The position numbers and the translations under genes are program-made. Below, one piece after another: positions 62,491-64,000 of a stretch of 64,000 bases of DNA; position 1 is the stretch's first letter, and every line of letters starts with the position of its first letter. Where the stretch lies: NCBI RefSeq assembly GCF_006345805.1, contig NC_043005.1, positions 71,796,001 to 71,860,000 of the forward strand. The letters are read 5' to 3'. The stretch comes from Octopus sinensis (lineage: Eukaryota). The notes under the pieces are model-generated. The model did no database searches, had not been told where the DNA came from, and was given only the letters and a program-made list of their open reading frames with translations.

Positions 62491-62713
62491 TGGTTTCACT
62501 GCACACTCAGATACCATTTGTATTTTGTCTAAACTGTTGCAGCTCAACACTAGCAAGAAAGACAGGAGCAAAGCAGGAAACTCCAGGGAGAAGAAAGATT
62601 GAATGTAATGGCTAATGCAAGGAAAGGTGGGTTGGATACACTAAGGGTAACAAGGGGTTGAGAGACAACTAGGTTGGTGGTGTCTGAGCACTGATGGTGA
62701 AAGTTAAGATGAA

Positions 62714-62986
62714 ATCATCATCATCATCATCATCGTTTAACGTCCATTTTCCATGCTAGCATGGGTTGGACGGTTCGACTGGGGTCTGGGAAGCCAGGAG
62801 GCTGTACCAGGCTCCAGTCTGATCTGGCAGTGTTTCTACAGCTGGATGCCCTTCCTAACGCCAACTGCTCCGTGAGTGTAGTGGGTGCGTTTTACGTGCC
62901 ACCAGCACAGGTGCCAGGGGAGGCTGGCAACGGCCATGATCGGTTGGTGCTTTTTACATGCCACCAGCACCAAAGCCAGTCAATGC
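62714..62986 (-). mobile_element. RTE LINE 3'-UTR fragment, young
   Basis: (cat)n cgtttaacgtccattttccatgctagcatggg..gctggatgcccttcctaacgccaac..two tacgtgccaccagcac-type repeats. Confidence 0.88.
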
Positions 62987-63007
62987 TGATATTAATTAGT
63001 GTAGTGA

Positions 63008-63225
63008 GACGGAGAGCTAGCTGAATCATTAGCATGCTAGGCACATTGCTTAGAGCAATCCATCTGTCTTTACATTCTGAGTTCAAATTCCATTGAGGTT
63101 GACTTTGATTTTAATCATTTCAGACACTGATAAAAAAAAATAAGTGCCAATTAAACACTGGGGTCGATGTAATGGACATACCCCTATCTCCCAAAATTGT
63201 TGGCCTTGTGCCAAAATTTGAAACC
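63008..63225 (+). mobile_element. SINE family B, tail type 3
   Basis: ttctgagttcaaattcc..ctggggtcgatgtaat..ggccttgtgccaaaatttgaaacc. Confidence 0.8.
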
Positions 63226-63242
63226 GATCGTATTTAGCGTTG

Positions 63243-63274
<32 letters not shown>

Positions 63275-63869
63275 GGTGGTGGTGGTGGTGCTACTGCTGC
63301 TGCTGCTGTTGCAGTTTGAATTGTTTCTACCAGGATTTTTGTTTTCAATTTTAAATTAATGTTTTCAACATTTCCAATATTCTTCTGTGCAATTGTAAGC
63401 ACCGTTATTTTATTAATTTGCTCTTTGTTTTAAAAAAATCTAATTTATTTTCATGTTTTAAAATAATTAGCAAGAAAGGGACATATTTGTTTACATTACC
63501 ACTCATACTGCTACCATCACTCCAGTGTGCACACTTCCTCATACTTCTGAGGCAACCATCTTGCAAACCAAGCAACAATAATAACACCAACAACAACAGA
63601 AACAACAACAGTAATGGCTATGTTCCAAAAAAATAGTTTAAAAAAATCATCTAAGGACAAATGTTTCTTGCAGTCCAAACAATTCAAAAGACTTTTGTTA
63701 GAAAAACTGGAATAAAAAGAAGAAAAAACCACAATACTTTCTTCCATAAAATAATTTGGTTTAAAATTAGTTTTTTTATGAAGCTCTGATATTAGGCATC
63801 TGGTCTTTTCTCATGAATAAATGCTGCAATGAGTTAACATATGAAGTGGTGGAGTATTTCCCAGACATA

Positions 63870-64000
63870 CTCTTTTGCTCTTTACTCTTTTACTTGTTTC
63901 AGTCATTTGACTGTGGCCATGCCGGAGCACCGCCTTTGGTCGAGCAAATCAACACCAGGACTTATTCTTTGTAAACCTAGTACTTATTCTATTGGTCTCT
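63870..64000 (-). mobile_element. SINE family A 3' end, cut by the window edge
   Basis: tctttactcttttacttgtttcagtcatttgactgtggccatgccggagcaccgcc. Confidence 0.9.

Overview
AT-rich, repeat-saturated eukaryotic DNA, most likely an octopus (Octopus sp.); this is inferred from recognising the SINE families and the extreme microsatellite load, not from a database search. I found no intact multi-exon gene, and almost every ORF in the supplied track is a microsatellite translation artefact. The window reads as intronic or intergenic. It contains about 40 SINE copies from several modular tRNA-derived families (my labels A, B, D, E, F, G), 3' fragments of CR1-clade and RTE-clade LINEs, a Penelope-like (PLE) ORF relic, a non-autonomous Helitron, several TIR MITEs, a probable solo LTR nested in a SINE, and many micro- and minisatellites, two with higher-order periodicity. 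Host-gene evidence is limited to one plausible signal-peptide-type exon (20460-20541, +) and two weak 27-nt microexon candidates. Most interesting: (1) decayed minimal type-I hammerhead-ribozyme motifs with palindromic helix III, one pair forming an inverted repeat, in the same window as a PLE ORF relic, suggesting PLE- or retrozyme-like families; (2) the dominant SINE shares its 3' tail with a CR1 LINE remnant in the window; (3) combinatorial head/core/tail shuffling among the SINEs. Boundaries of old repeat copies are approximate (about +/-10-20 bp) unless termini or TSDs are quoted.
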